From the human T2T-CHM13v2.0 reference genome, Homo sapiens, in assembly GCF_009914755.1 (NCBI RefSeq), contig NC_060937.1: a stretch of DNA of 64,000 nt. One strand, given 5' to 3'. The notes below the pieces were generated by a model, which worked only from the letters and a program-made list of their open reading frames with translations, made no database searches and had not been told where the DNA came from. Position numbers and translations under genes: made by a program. Positions 13,751-27,430 of the stretch are shown here, one piece after another (position 1 is the stretch's first letter; each line of letters starts with the position of its first letter).

Positions 13751-14449
13751 AAGTTGGGAGATAGCTGAGCCACGCAATGTAGACCCAGTAGTTGGCCCCT
13801 CCTCTCCCAAATGAGAATTGACAAAGGTATATGCCTTGGTTGTGTGGTAACAAGGCAGGCCCTTAGGCCAAAAATAACCAGGCAGATTCCACTTGCTGAA
13901 ACAGGGATACAGTGGAGTAACTTAGGTCTCAGATTTTTTTTTTTTTTAAAGATAAATGCTCAAGTCACTGAAATCAGGTTACAAAATCAGAAACTGATTT
14001 GCAGAAAGGCTGATATGATGATTAATGATCTGAGTCTGACCTAAGAGCTGGACTGTTTTCCTGGGGCAGGTCAGAGCATCAGGTAGAGGTCAGGTGATTC
14101 CAGGTGTTGGGACTATAGGATGGCTGCAGGAACATGGACTTTGTTCCTGAGTTTTGCTAGGTATGGAGCTGAACTTTTGTGCTTCTGTAAGGAGAACACT
14201 TTATGTTTCTGTTTTAAAACTGTAGATAATTGCACCATGATGTGTTTTCTGAGCAGGGAAGTTGGGTGAACATTATGACTTGGCTTTCTCACAATTGGGA
14301 GTAGTAGTAGGCCACTGCTGTGTAATGTTTTTTTTCCTAAACCTTGAAGAAAAGTGGAAGTAAAAAGAGGAAGTTTAGAAAATGAATAAACTATCTTGCC
14401 AGCAGATAAAGTCCAAAATGATCACAGGTTGTCCACACACAATTTTTAT

Positions 14450-15503
14450 TATTTACTTTTTTAATTGTGGCAAATATATTTAATAATATTTTCCATTTTA
14501 ACCATTTTATTTATGTATGTATATTTTTGAGACAGGGTCTCACTCTGTCACCCAGGCTCCGTCAGTGGCACAAACAGGGTTCACTACAGCCTGAACCCCT
14601 CAGGTTCAAGTGATCCTCCCACCTCAGCCTCCCAAGTAGCTGGGACTACAGGTGTGTGCCACCATGCTCAGCTATTTTTATTTTATTTTTTGTAGAGACA
14701 AGGTCTCACTGTGTTGCCCAGGCTGGTCTCAAACTCCTGGGCTCACACAATCCTTCTGCCTCAGCTTCCCAAAGTACTGAGATTATAGGCGTGAGCCACT
14801 GCACCCAGCCTTCACCATTTTTAAATGCACAATGCAATAGGATTAATTATATTCATAATTTCGTGCAACCATTACCTCTATCTGTTCCAAAATGTTTCAT
14901 TGACCAAAACAGAAACTCTGTAACCATTAAGCAATAATTCGCCTTTCTTACTTACCCCCAACCCCTGGTAATCTCTATTCTATTTTCTGTCTCTGAATTT
15001 GCCTATTCTGAGTACCCCATATAAGTGGAATCATGCAATATTTGTCCTTTTGTGTCATGCTTCTTTCACTTAGCAAAATGTTCTCAAGGTCTATCCATGT
15101 CATAGAATGTATCAGAACTTCATTCCTTTTTAGAGCTGTATAATTTTTCATTGTATGTATTTAATATATACCACATTTTGTTTATTAATTCATCTGTTCA
15201 TGAAGCCTGGAGCTGTTTCTACCTTTTAGCTATTGAGAATAATGGTACTGTGAACATTGGTATACAAGTATCTGGCTGAGTCCCTGCTTTCAATGCTCTG
15301 GGGTACATACCTAGGAGTGAAATTGCTGGGTCATATGGTAATTTTATGTTTAACTTTTCATGAAACCACCAAACAGTTTTCCACAGTGACTGTATCATCA
15401 TACACTCCCACCAGAAATCTACGAGGGTTTCAATTTCTCCACACCCTTGCCAACAGTAATTGTTTCTTAGGATTCTTCCCTGCATTATAGCCATTCTAGC
15501 AGG
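14450..15503 (-). mobile_element. L1MB-like 3' region interrupted by AluJ
   Basis: ATATAAGTGGAATCATGCAATATTTGTCCTTTTGTG and GTGAAATTGCTGGGTCATATGGTAATT. ORF 15219-15512 has an L1 ORF2 C-terminal motif (LPYDPAISLLGMYP). Confidence 0.88.
14509..14810 (-). mobile_element. AluJ (Jo/Jr-like)
   Basis: Antisense Alu with J-diagnostic GATCCTCCCACCTCAGCC and CTCCTGGGCTC. Flanked by duplicated ACCATTTT. Confidence 0.93.
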
Positions 15504-15629
15504 TCCACACATGCTGTCTTCAGCATGCTAAGTTGAAGACACCAAAGCATATGTCTAGTGTCTTAGTTGGTATTTGGGGAGATTATTTTTACTCAAACCA
15601 GGGAGAAGGGGAGAACAAGGGTTGAAGAA

Positions 15630-17008
15630 TGTGGTTCATAGACCACTGTAACAAAATAAGAAACCCAGAAATAAAGCAACACACTTACAACTCTCTGAAC
15701 ATCGACAAGGCTGACAAAAACAAGCAATGGAGAAAGGACTCCCTATTAAATAAATGGTGCTGTGATAGTTGGCTAGCCATATGCAGAAGAATGAAACGGT
15801 TTCATTCTGCATATGGCTGGCCAACAACCTTTACCTTTCACCATATACAGAAATGAACCCAAGATGGATTAAAGATTTAAGTGTAAGACCTCAAACTCTA
15901 AAAATCGTAGAAGAAAACCTAGGAAATATCCTTCTCAACATCAACCTTAGCTAAGAATTTTTGGCTAAATCTCCCAAAGCAATTGCAACAGAAACAAAAA
16001 TTGACAAGGGGGACCTAATTAAACCATAGAGCTTTTGCACAGCAAAAAACAAAGAAAAAAAAAACCTACTAGAGTAAATAGACAACCTACAGAATGGGAG
16101 AAAATATTCTCAAACTATGCATCCAACAAAGGTCTAACATCCAGAATCTAGAAGGAGCTTAAACAAATCAATAAGCAAAAAACAAATAACCCCATTAAAA
16201 AAATGGACAAAGGACATAACAGATACTTCTCAAAAGAAGACGTACACACAACCAACAAACTTATGAAAAAATGCTCATCATCACTAATCATCAGAGAAAT
16301 GCAGATCAAAACCACAATGAGATAGCATCTCACACCAGTCAGGAATGGCCATTATTAAAAAGCCAAAAAACAACAGATGCCGATTGGGCTGCAGAGAAAA
16401 GGAAGCACTTATACACTGTCGGTGGGAATGTAAATTGTTTCCGCCTTTGTGGAAAGCAGTTTGGAGTTTTCCCAAAAAAATTTAAAACAGAACTACCATT
16501 TGACCCAGCAATTCAATTACTGGGTATACATGCCAAGTGAAATAGATCATTGTATCAAAAAAATGCATACACTCATATGTCCATTGCTGCACTATTCATA
16601 ATAGCAAATACATAGAATCAACCTACGTGCTCATCAGTGATGGACTGGATAAAGAAGGTGTGGTACATATATACCATGAAATATTATGCAACCATAAAAA
16701 AGAATGAAATCATGTCCTTTGCAGCAACACAGATGGAGGTGGAGGACATAATCCAAATGAATTAACACAGGAAGAGAAAACCAAATGCCGTATGTTCTCA
16801 CTTATATGTGGGAGGTAAACATTGAGCACCCATGGACATAAACCTGGGAACAGTAAACACTGTGAACTAGCAGAGTGGGGAAGGAGGAAAGGGGATAGGG
16901 TCAAAAAACTACCTATTGGATACTATGCTTACTACCTGGGTGCGGTATACCCATGTGACAAACTTGCACATGGACTCCAAAATAAAAGTTGAAAAAAAAA
17001 AAAAAAAA
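15630..17008 (+). mobile_element. 5'-truncated L1 (L1PA13-16-like), ~1.4 kb, with poly(A) tail
   Basis: ORF2 remnant peptides ([14 protein letters not shown]; ELPFDPAIQLLGI), a 3' UTR containing AAAAACTACCTATTGG, and AATAAAAGTTG followed by an A tail. Many stops and frameshifts. Confidence 0.92.
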
Positions 17009-17543
17009 GAAGCCATTGGCCATCTACAAAATCAACCAACCATAAAATAACATTCTGGATTACCTGCTGTGGGGCTCAAAGTCCTTTAGGTATCATCCTT
17101 TCATTTCACACATTAGGGTTATCACCATAGTGTAGTGGAAAGTCTACAAACTTTTCAATCAGGTAACTTTATGACATAGACAACGTGTACATAGACACAT
17201 TATTTTATGTTTGTGTCATCTTGAAATTCATATATTATATATATGAATATATATTACTAAATATTGGTTTTCTCATTTATATAGCCATTGGGGATAATAG
17301 AACAATTTACCTCATTGAAAAACATTTTCAATATAGGAATAAAAAGATACCATCAATGTAAAAAAAAGAATATGGTCATTAGATGCAGTCTATGAGGAGG
17401 TCTTCTATCACACTGAGAATCTCTTGTGTTTGGAAACATAACTTGGTCATCTTGGCATCCCCAGCGTGGAGCTCAGTGCTGAAGATGAAGTATTCAACTG
17501 TGAGAGATTGAAAGTTGAAGAGTTTATTTAAAAAAAGGTTTTT

Positions 17544-17842
<299 letters not shown>

Positions 17843-19346
17843 TTAAGATATATGTTCACATAGACCTTTCCAGAAGAAAACTGAAAAGAGGTAAAGGGTA
17901 GTCTAACTCACAAATATAAATAGAGAAACACAATGCATATTTACTCAGCAATCTTTTAATATGAGGTCATATTATTGGAATAGGAGTTTACCAGTTGGAT
18001 TTCGGCATGATTTTTCTTGCACAAAACACAAAGCAGTAACTATAATTTCTGCCTTTAGCTTTTGAAAAACTAAAAGAACTTAAAGATGCTTGCAAGCCAA
18101 CAAGAGCAGAGTCCCATTTTCCTCCTTCTTTAAATTTCGTATCATTGTCTTACCTTTACCAAGATTTTTCAACCATTCTACTTCACCCAGTCTTTCCAAA
18201 GTACTTAATTTTTTTTCTAAATTGATATTTAATGGGTTGCTCAATTTTACAAATAACATAAGAAGGTTTAGGGTCACCGCAACAGATTCTTTGAAACCAT
18301 AAAATTCAACCCTTGGCTACGATGTTGGTGGGGGATTAAAGAGTAGCCTACCAGCCTCAAGTGGTCAAAATGACATGGACATTCTCACAGGCACTTTAAA
18401 GAAAAAAATGACGAGTTGGCTATATTTATGCATGCAGAATTATTTTTATAGAGTTCTATCTTGATTAAAACATAATTTAGTAGATTAAATATGCTATCTT
18501 CTTTGAGCAAGCTTTGGAAGACCAAGCTACTAGTAGAATTATACCAGAGTTAGGATACTGCCCTCTGCATACACTCAAATAGCAGGCCAGAATCCCAATA
18601 GAAAATGAGCATGCTTAGCTATGTTTCTGTAGTATGGAACTTACGAAGGTTCGATTCTTGATTTCTCATATGAATCAGAGCTCTCTCTCTCCTTTCCAGT
18701 GTGACCCAGTTGTATTTTGCATAGGCAGATGGTTTGAAGGAAAATTCCAGATTATTAGCATTTGCACTGGAGCTTGACAATCACCTTTATGAACCTGCTC
18801 TTGGAATAGCAGCCTTGGAAGATCCTGGAGTCAATCTCCTTTTATTTCAGATGAAAACTGATGACAGGGAAAGAGCCCAGGAAGAAAGTTTTTATTCTTG
18901 GTGCCTTGGGCAACGTGTGTATCCTCCCTCAAAAGAAGGCTTGGAGCAAAATGAACACTTACAGGAAACTGAGGCTCGTATGTTTTATGCAGTGAATCAC
19001 CGGCATAATTGGAATTCTAACCTCGAAATTTTATTTCCAAATTTGACTGGCTCCACTCCTTATACATCAAATTGATCAAAGCAGAAATTACAGATTCAAA
19101 TTTATGGTAAAGCTAAGAAAAAGAAAGCAGAACGATGAGTCAGAAGGTAAGAGGCCACGTAACCCAATATTTTTTTAGCATAAAGCATTCACGAATTTTA
19201 CTGGCACCTCAACTAAAATGATGTTCTTTTAAAATCGTGTCACTTGATTATAAACATCTTGTTTTAAAAATGGAACATATAATCCAACATCCCCCAAATT
19301 TCTAGACTAATTCAAACATAAGAGTTGATCTTAATATGGATTTAGG

Positions 19347-19480
19347 TATTCAACAAATACTTATAGAGTGTCCACTATCGGGCAAACATTGTTCTAGGTG
19401 CTGGAGTTACAACAGTGAACAAATAGGCAAAACCTTTACCCTCATGAGGCTTAGAGTCCAGTGGAAAGGAAAAGACCAAA
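19347..19480 (-). mobile_element. L2a 3' end
   Basis: ATTCAACAAATACTTATAGAG...TGTTCTAGGTGCTGGAG...ACAGTGAACAA...CCCTCATGAGGCTTA. Confidence 0.75.
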
Positions 19481-21478
19481 AATAAGATAAGAAAACTTTA
19501 TGGAAATATATAAACATACATAGGTATGTCTATATAATACACTGTGATATACCTAGTAAGATATATATAGTTTTGAGAGAAAAACATGGCTAACTTGTTT
19601 GTGCCTTACCTTGTCATACAGAATTAGAATATTATCCATACTGAATTCCTGGGCCCAGCCCTGGCCAGTGTCTCTGCCATTTTATGGGGTACATTATCTC
19701 TGCTGAGCTAAGTAATTGCTAAATCCACACTGGAGGCTGTGTGAGTAGAGAAGTGACACACCAGTTAACAGGGTGAGAAATTAATGCAAATTAATTCTCC
19801 ACCCTCCCAGCAGACACTGCTCCCACTTTCTTGCCCTTCTCCATCCCCCTGCCAGTTCACAGAGAAAAGTATGAATATTACAAATGATACTCACTTCATG
19901 TCTCAGTGACCTAGAAAGGAGTGTGTGCACTAAGGTGCAGCAGTGCTTTAATGACGCTGAGCCCAAAAGCAAGGCAGTGACACAAAGAGGGGAGTGGTGT
20001 CACTGAGAGGAAGGCCCAAGCACTTTCCCCTTCTGCACCTCTTCCCAGGAGACAGGGGTGAGTTAAGGCAGCACAAGGTCACTGGGATTGCCTGAAGCTT
20101 GACCACAGGCACGAGTGACTTTCCTCTTGGCTGGTACCATCTGTATAGGGGAATAGAAGATTTTTATCATAACAAAGGATATCTCAATAGAGTCAATTAG
20201 CCCAGCATGCCTCAGAGAGTTCTGTGATGTGAGTGGTCACTTCTTTGAACTAAAGTTGAATAAAGAAAAAAAGAAAGTGAAATCATTTCAGTTACAAAGA
20301 ACCTAGCACTGCATTCTATAAGGTTTTATCATTCAGATTTGGAAGGAGACGGGAGCCATGGTGGATGCCGTGAGGTGTCACCAGATCCCTTTGTGGGACT
20401 ATATCCATCCCCCACCCTCCAGCTGTTCTGAGGATTGGCTGCTCACCTCTGTCCCCTTCTTTAGGGACCTCTGTATCTGGAGAGGCACTTGCACCACACC
20501 CCATCCCATAGCTGGTGACCGATTTGTTATCAGAGCTCCTTCATACTAAAGAAAGAGAGACTGAGACTCAAGCTGCTGAAGAGCTTTCCTCAAAGTCTCA
20601 CAATCTGGTCAGTCGTCAAAGGAGTCTGTCTGACTCCAAATCCATCCTCTCTCCCCTCAATCGTATAGTTGCTTTATTCTCTTCTAGTGCTGTGGAGAAG
20701 CAGCCCCAGTTTGCCACTGAATAATAAGCGTCCCCACCATTTCCTTTCCCCATTGTTGTTATAGGGATTCCTAATATGTGTTGCTAAGGCTTCACCTTAT
20801 ATCACCCAGAAGCTCTAACCTGTGGCTTCCTCAAGAGACATTATCCCTGAAAAACGGGTAGAAATTCAGGAAACTGCTTACTCAATTTCTCAGGTGGTGG
20901 CGGATGTTTTCTTCCTTATTCTTTGTTTTCTGCTTGGTAAGTCTGTGTGTAGGTGGTTTAATTGTGCTGAACAGATTCTTTCTCTCCTCTGTACAAAATG
21001 GGCTTTGGGGGTGGACAGGAGGAGGAAGAGAAAGATGTGAGTTTCACATAAGAGCAGAGGGATCCTTAGCCTGTCAGCTGAGAAACGAGGACTGTGTATT
21101 CCTGAGTAGTGCCTCCTGCCTTTCAAGCCTGGAAAGAGAACAGGAGAGGGAGGCATGCTCCCCACCCTGGGATGTTCCCTTTACTGCTACCACTTATTGC
21201 TTTACTGGACATCATAAAGATTGCAAGATGGACGGAATTTATTTGGATAAAAAGCAGTGGATGTTGGGTATAAGTAAATTAGCAACAGGTGATAGATTCT
21301 GAACATAGGACACCTCTAGATTGTTATGTCAATCCACACATTCCTTGCAATGTCAAGGAAGGAGTAAATTTTCCAGATAAATTAAACAATTAAAAGAGTA
21401 TCAAAACTTAAAAAATTCATTCCATTTTGTGGAGATCTTTCCATGATCCAACATCTCTTCTCATTAAAATGTATGCAG

Positions 21479-22118
<640 letters not shown>

Positions 22119-22214
22119 TCATATGTGTTGCCTACTGAAAATACAGCAGCATTCTCCAGGCTGCTGAGGCATGTGATCTACTGCCTGGCACACCAAATGA
22201 TCCATCACTTTAGT

Positions 22215-22835
22215 TGATGACAAAGAAAGACTAAGGAATTGCTCCAGATTGAGGGACACTGAGGACACATGGCAATGAAATGGAATACAGGATCCTAGTC
22301 TTCATCCTGGGCTAAAGAAAATGGTTGAAAGGATTTGACTGGGTCAGTTGACAAAGTTGGAATTCAGACAGTAGGTTACGTAAAAGTATTGTATCAATGT
22401 TCAATTTACTAAAGTTAATAACTGCAGTATGGGTGTGTAAGAGGTTATCCTTGTTCCTAGGAAATACACCCTGAAGTATTAAGGAGTAAAAGGCCACGAT
22501 GTGTGTAACTAATTCTCAAATAGTGAGAATTATCTCAAAAGTTATATATGTTAACATATGAGTAGCATATATGAATACATTCTCATATATATACTCTCAA
22601 ATATTATTCTTCAGTAGTATAAGTGATACATATTAGTATATAAGTGGTACATATTAGTATGTAAGTAGTAATGTGTATACTATCTCACATATATATATAA
22701 GAGAGAGAGTGACAGCAAGCAGCAGAAACAAATGAGGCAAAATGTTAACAATAGGTGATTTTGGATAAAGAGTATACAAATGTTTTTGTACCATTCTTAT
22801 AAATTTCTATGAGTTTTGGATTATTTCCCAAAGAA
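22215..22835 (+). mobile_element. L1MC4-like 3' UTR with internal TA-rich expansion
   Basis: AAAGACTAAGGAATTGCTCCAGATT, GTATTGTATCAATGTT, AGGAAATACACCCTGAAGTATT and GGCAAAATGTTAACAATAGGTGA. Confidence 0.78.
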
Positions 22836-24798
22836 GGAGACAAAAGAGCTTTCTTTAAGCTGCAACGATGAAGTAACAAGACTGGATTTTACATGTGGCA
22901 CCTAAGAAGCTCTCTCATTATTTATACATATGTATGATATTGCACCTTCACTGACAGACTTGAACATTTCATAAGAAATGAGTTGATACTAGAAATGCTA
23001 GGTGAAGATTGCCCAAGTTAAGGCTGAATATAAATCTTCTTGGTATTCCATGAGATTCTGAGACATTTTATGGGAGTTTTGGCAGCATGGGCTGGCTAAG
23101 TGTAGCTCAGGGATTACTGGCTTTAAATGTCTTGAGCCAGTGTCAAGTTTGAGTTGAAGGCATTGGCAAGGTGTGGAATAAATGTGAATGGGGATAGAAG
23201 AGGATCTTTGGAGAGCTGAGTCGGTAAGTGTACACTGCACGGCATCAGGACAGTGAGCGATGTCCTTGGAAATGGCCTCTTTTTCCAGTATGTCATCATT
23301 TGTACAAAGCTTAGATTAAAGCAGGAAACAAGAAATATCTTAAGCTGGAAAAAAAAAAAAATAATAGTAGAGGCAAGTTTGAAGGAAGTAAAAAAAAAAA
23401 TTGAGACTTATCTTTCCATTTATATAAATCCAATCCTCCCAGCCCCAGCCTTTCCTGTCTCTTCTATTAATGACTAGGGCAGAGGATCTTCCCATGGGGA
23501 GCTCCTTTTCTGAGTTAGAGATGTTCAATTTCATCTCCAAGGGGAACTGGTGAAGGTAACAAATAGAGTGGCTATGGAAAACATTAGAGAGCCAAACCCA
23601 GATAATAGCAAAATGATGCTCATATGAACTAAGTTTCCTGGTGTATAGAGAAGAAGCTTGTGTGCTGGATTCATATGAAAAATATCCTCTTATACTTGAA
23701 GAGAAGACCTCTCATTAGCACAAAAATGAAACCTATCCTCATATTTCACTCCTACCTTCATCTCTCACAATTCACAATTTTATGATTTTTATTAAAAAAA
23801 AATAGTTTATAGGAAAATACCCACTTGGTCATCAAATAATTTATCTTCCATAGCATTTACTTACCTCAGCATGCTGCAATATTTTACATAGAGGTTGCTT
23901 AAATCCACTGCTGAAATGCAGGCAACTCTGGAAGAAAAAAAAATGTGTTAACAGATAAATGGCTCCCTACTTCATGCTAGTTAATCTTTGCAGCAAATAA
24001 CAGAACAATCTATAAAGTATAGAAAGATTTTGAGTACTTGGAACTTTACTCTCTGAGCTGGCATTTTGCCACATTGGGGATAAAGCCTCAGGTCTTCCTA
24101 AAAGCACCATGGAATCCATAATAGCCCAGAGTGTGTGGCTCCTCATTTTTATATGTCATCAGAAAGATGGAATGCCAAGAGTATGTCTGGGGTCTGGGTT
24201 AGTACTAGCTCAAGGGAAAGGGTACCACGTAGTCAATCACTTCCCACATATGCCAGATCTCCCCTAAAGATTAGTCAACGTGCCAGTAAAATATGAGCCT
24301 GCATTTCCCATGCTATGAGGAGCTCAAGACAAGCAGACTAAATGTTTGTGATGTTGACATATGTTGGGGTGTTGTGATGTATGTACACTTGTATGCAGAG
24401 AAAGAGCCTGCCTTAGCCATTATGAGGTACTAACCAAAACTGCCTCATGGGAAAGGGCAACTGAGAGAATGTGAAGGGCTGGTCAACAGCACAGAGAACA
24501 TTACTGCGCACCTCAGTTGTGCCCTCTGCTGGGGACTCAGTTTTTATATCAGGCAATGAAGTGGTGGGTGAGCCCCAATTTGGTGGTACAGGTCCCTGGT
24601 AGAGACATGTAGACACTAAAGTTCAGTGGGCATCAGTTTGCTGAAACCTGTGTTTATAGACACATGATGGTTTAATGTGAGGTGACCCAGGGAATTTGTT
24701 GAAACCAAAAATGAAGCCTTATTTTTGGGGATCAGAACAGTTAGACTAAGAGCTCTATGGGAAAACATTCTAAGAAATACACTTGAAACGGTGAGACT

Positions 24799-24802
<4 letters not shown>

Positions 24803-24834
<32 letters not shown>
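24803..24834. repeat. (GT)n microsatellite
   Basis: About 16 GT units, read directly. Confidence 0.95.
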
Positions 24835-24836
<2 letters not shown>

Positions 24837-25272
24837 TTCCACATATATCTATTTTATCCAACTTCAAAACTATTATGAATTCAGTCTTCTTTGCCACAAT
24901 TAGAGAGGAAACTGTAATTTGAAAGGTTAGCAGATCTGCTACTGTTTCCTAATAGTTTGTATAGTTTCTAATGACCGGAATGCCACCCAGGAGGCCTTTA
25001 TAGTGGAGCTATGTCACCATAGGAGCGGTCCAAAGTGAATGTTACTTAATCAGAGTCACCGAAGATGAAAAATGTAGTATTTCCTTTGCAAGCTGGTGAG
25101 GCTGTAATTTTCAAATGCCGCTAATGTAATGTGGAGTGGGAGGGGGCCGCCATTCCTGACCTCTGTGTTTTATCCTCTGCTTTGAATGGTTTCGGCAAAA
25201 ATAAAAATTTCTAAGTGGCACTCATAATAACAGAACTTGAGGCAAAGGGATGCTCTTCGAGTGTGCTGTAGC

Positions 25273-25350
25273 ATATGAAAACAGAACCTGGTGAGCATGC
25301 GGCATGCCAGAATACGAAAACAGAACGTGGTGAGCGTGCGACATGCCAGA
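25273..25350. repeat. 39-bp tandem duplication (35/39 identical)
   Basis: ATATGAAAACAGAACCTGGTGAGCATGCGGCATGCCAGA followed by ATACGAAAACAGAACGTGGTGAGCGTGCGACATGCCAGA. Confidence 0.93.
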
Positions 25351-25928
25351 AGGGTTCGCAGTGTCGCTTGGGGTATAGGAGAAATGCCCGTGTGCAAAAT
25401 TGCTGTTACCCAGTGGGCTAGCCCGACTACAAAGAAAATCACTGAGATAAAGACATTGAAATGCATATGATCATTGTCGTCATGCAGTGAAAGTTCTTTA
25501 AATCTAGACCCCTTATCTCTTTCATGGTTTTCAGCAGCTGACTTTGGCTTTTGTCCACAGTTGAACAGGTCCTCCCTGCTTTTAATAGTGAGGTTGAGCT
25601 TTTGGCGGAATTCTAGATGTGGGCTTTCACATTAATTCTGTGTTCTGTAGTTTATCTGCTATGTTTTATGCTGGGGGTAAGTCTGTAATAGCTGCAGTCA
25701 TTGTGAAGCTTATGATATAGTGGGAAAAACAGATATTGAAGATGAAATGACAAGTATGATTACTTTGATGTATGGGAAATTTAGGGTAAACAGGCATATA
25801 TAAGGACAGGTTGCTAATCTCATTTGGGGAGTGTTATATATCATTGCAGATACAGTTATATAGATTTAAATATACTTGTAGCATATGTACAGTATATGTA
25901 TACTCATACATGTACATATTTATTTATT

Positions 25929-26113
25929 AAAGTTGCCTGATTTAGCCAATAAAAGTATAGGATATATAGTTAAATTTGAATTTCAGATAAACTAGAAGTT
26001 TTTGGGGATAGGTATGTGCCATACAATATCTGGACATAATTACAATGTGGAGAGTGGTGTTTATCTGAAATTCAAATTTAACAGAGTGTCCTGCATTTTT
26101 TTCTGGCAACTCC
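25929..26113. mobile_element. MER53 palindromic DNA-transposon MITE
   Basis: GTTGCC...GGCAAC termini and internal perfect 24-bp inverted arms at 25969-25992 and 26059-26082. Confidence 0.88.
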
Positions 26114-26171
26114 AATGTATGCATATGTGTGTATGTCTGTGTGTTTTTGCATATGTGTCTGTATGTGTGTG

Positions 26172-26502
26172 TTAATGGCATTCACAGCAATCTAGATGGG
26201 ATTGTAGACTATTATTCTAAGTGAAGTAACTCAGGAATGGAAAACCAAACATTGTATGTTCTCACTCATAAGTGGGGGCTAAGCTATGAGGATGCAAAGG
26301 CATAAGAATGATACAGTGGACTTTGGAGACTCGGAGGGAAAGGGTGGGAAGGTGGCGAGGGATAAAAAACAACAAATTGTATTTATTGTATACTGCTGGG
26401 GTGATGTGTGCATCAAAATCTCACAAATCACCACTAAAGAACTTAGTCATGTAACCAAATATGACCTGTTCCCCAAAAACTTATGAAAATAAAAATTTTA
26501 AA
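26172..26502 (+). mobile_element. L1PB1-like 3' end
   Basis: GTGAAGTAACTCAGGAATGGAAAACCAAAC...CTAAGCTATGAGGATGCAAAGGCATAAGAATGATACA...AAATCACCACTAAAGAACTT. Confidence 0.9.
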
Positions 26503-27269
26503 GATGAAAAAAAGAATACTTTAACTGAACCATTGAGGACCAGAGATGCTTGTAGTTCTGAAACTCTATACAGAAGCATGTGTTGTGTATCTGTGTATGT
26601 GTGTGTGTGTATGTGTGTGTGTATCTGTAGATGAGTATATTTATATGAGTATGTATTTATGTGTGTATATGTACCCTTCCCACACACACACACATAACCA
26701 AGGGCAAATCTAAGAGGAGTATGAGAAGTATTATAGAAAGAAGTATCTAGAAACAAGGCCTTTGGAACTGAGCACTGAAGTTTTATTCTTTTCAAAATAA
26801 GAAGCCTGTTTTCCTACCTTCTTTGTGACTGCTCTTCTATTTAAGTCTCTTTTGAACAGAGAGTGGTAAGTACTGGTGTCCCCATGTCCAGTTACAAGCA
26901 CCTGATCTGCAGATGTCAAAGAAGTTAAAGCCTCCCTGGTCTCTCTCCTTTGCTTCCTTCCCTGTTCTTCCAGCAGTTTCTTCCTAGTTAGGGCTTGTAT
27001 AAGACCTTTCCCCTTAACCAACCCCAGTAAGAAGCCATTGTGGGCATGGAAATTGGTTTGAAATTCCAAGGACATCACTTGGATTATAAGAATACTTCAG
27101 TGCAACCATTGAGGACCAGAGATGCTTGCAGTCCTGAAACTCCATACAAAAGCATGTATTATGGTTTTAAATAATAAAATCGATTGTTTCAAATCATGTG
27201 CCATATCTAAACAGTTGATTTTCCTTACATAGGAGTCAGCTTGTACATGCATGTTCACATTATTATTCT

Positions 27270-27430
27270 CGCTGACTTTGGGATTGTTCCTTAACTCACA
27301 AATCCTCTGCTTCCTCATTCATAAAACAGAGTTGCTAAAGTTTCTGCCCCATAGGACTGTCATGAGGATTAAATGAGATAATGCAAATAAAGAACTCAGT
27401 GCAATACCTGGAAGATGTAGTAAGAGCTAT
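27270..27430 (+). mobile_element. MIR
   Basis: CTTCCTCATTCATAAAA...GAGGATTAAATGAGATAATGC. Confidence 0.75.

Noticed and set aside
18680-19152. Acceptor-like CTCTCTCCTTTCCAG near 18699 and donor-like AAG|GTAAGA near 19146
   Set aside because: There is no open reading frame across the interval and such motifs are common by chance. It cannot be supported without RNA data.
22610-22675. ~21-bp three-copy repeat
   Set aside because: A low-complexity TA-rich expansion inside an L1MC 3' UTR; ordinary.
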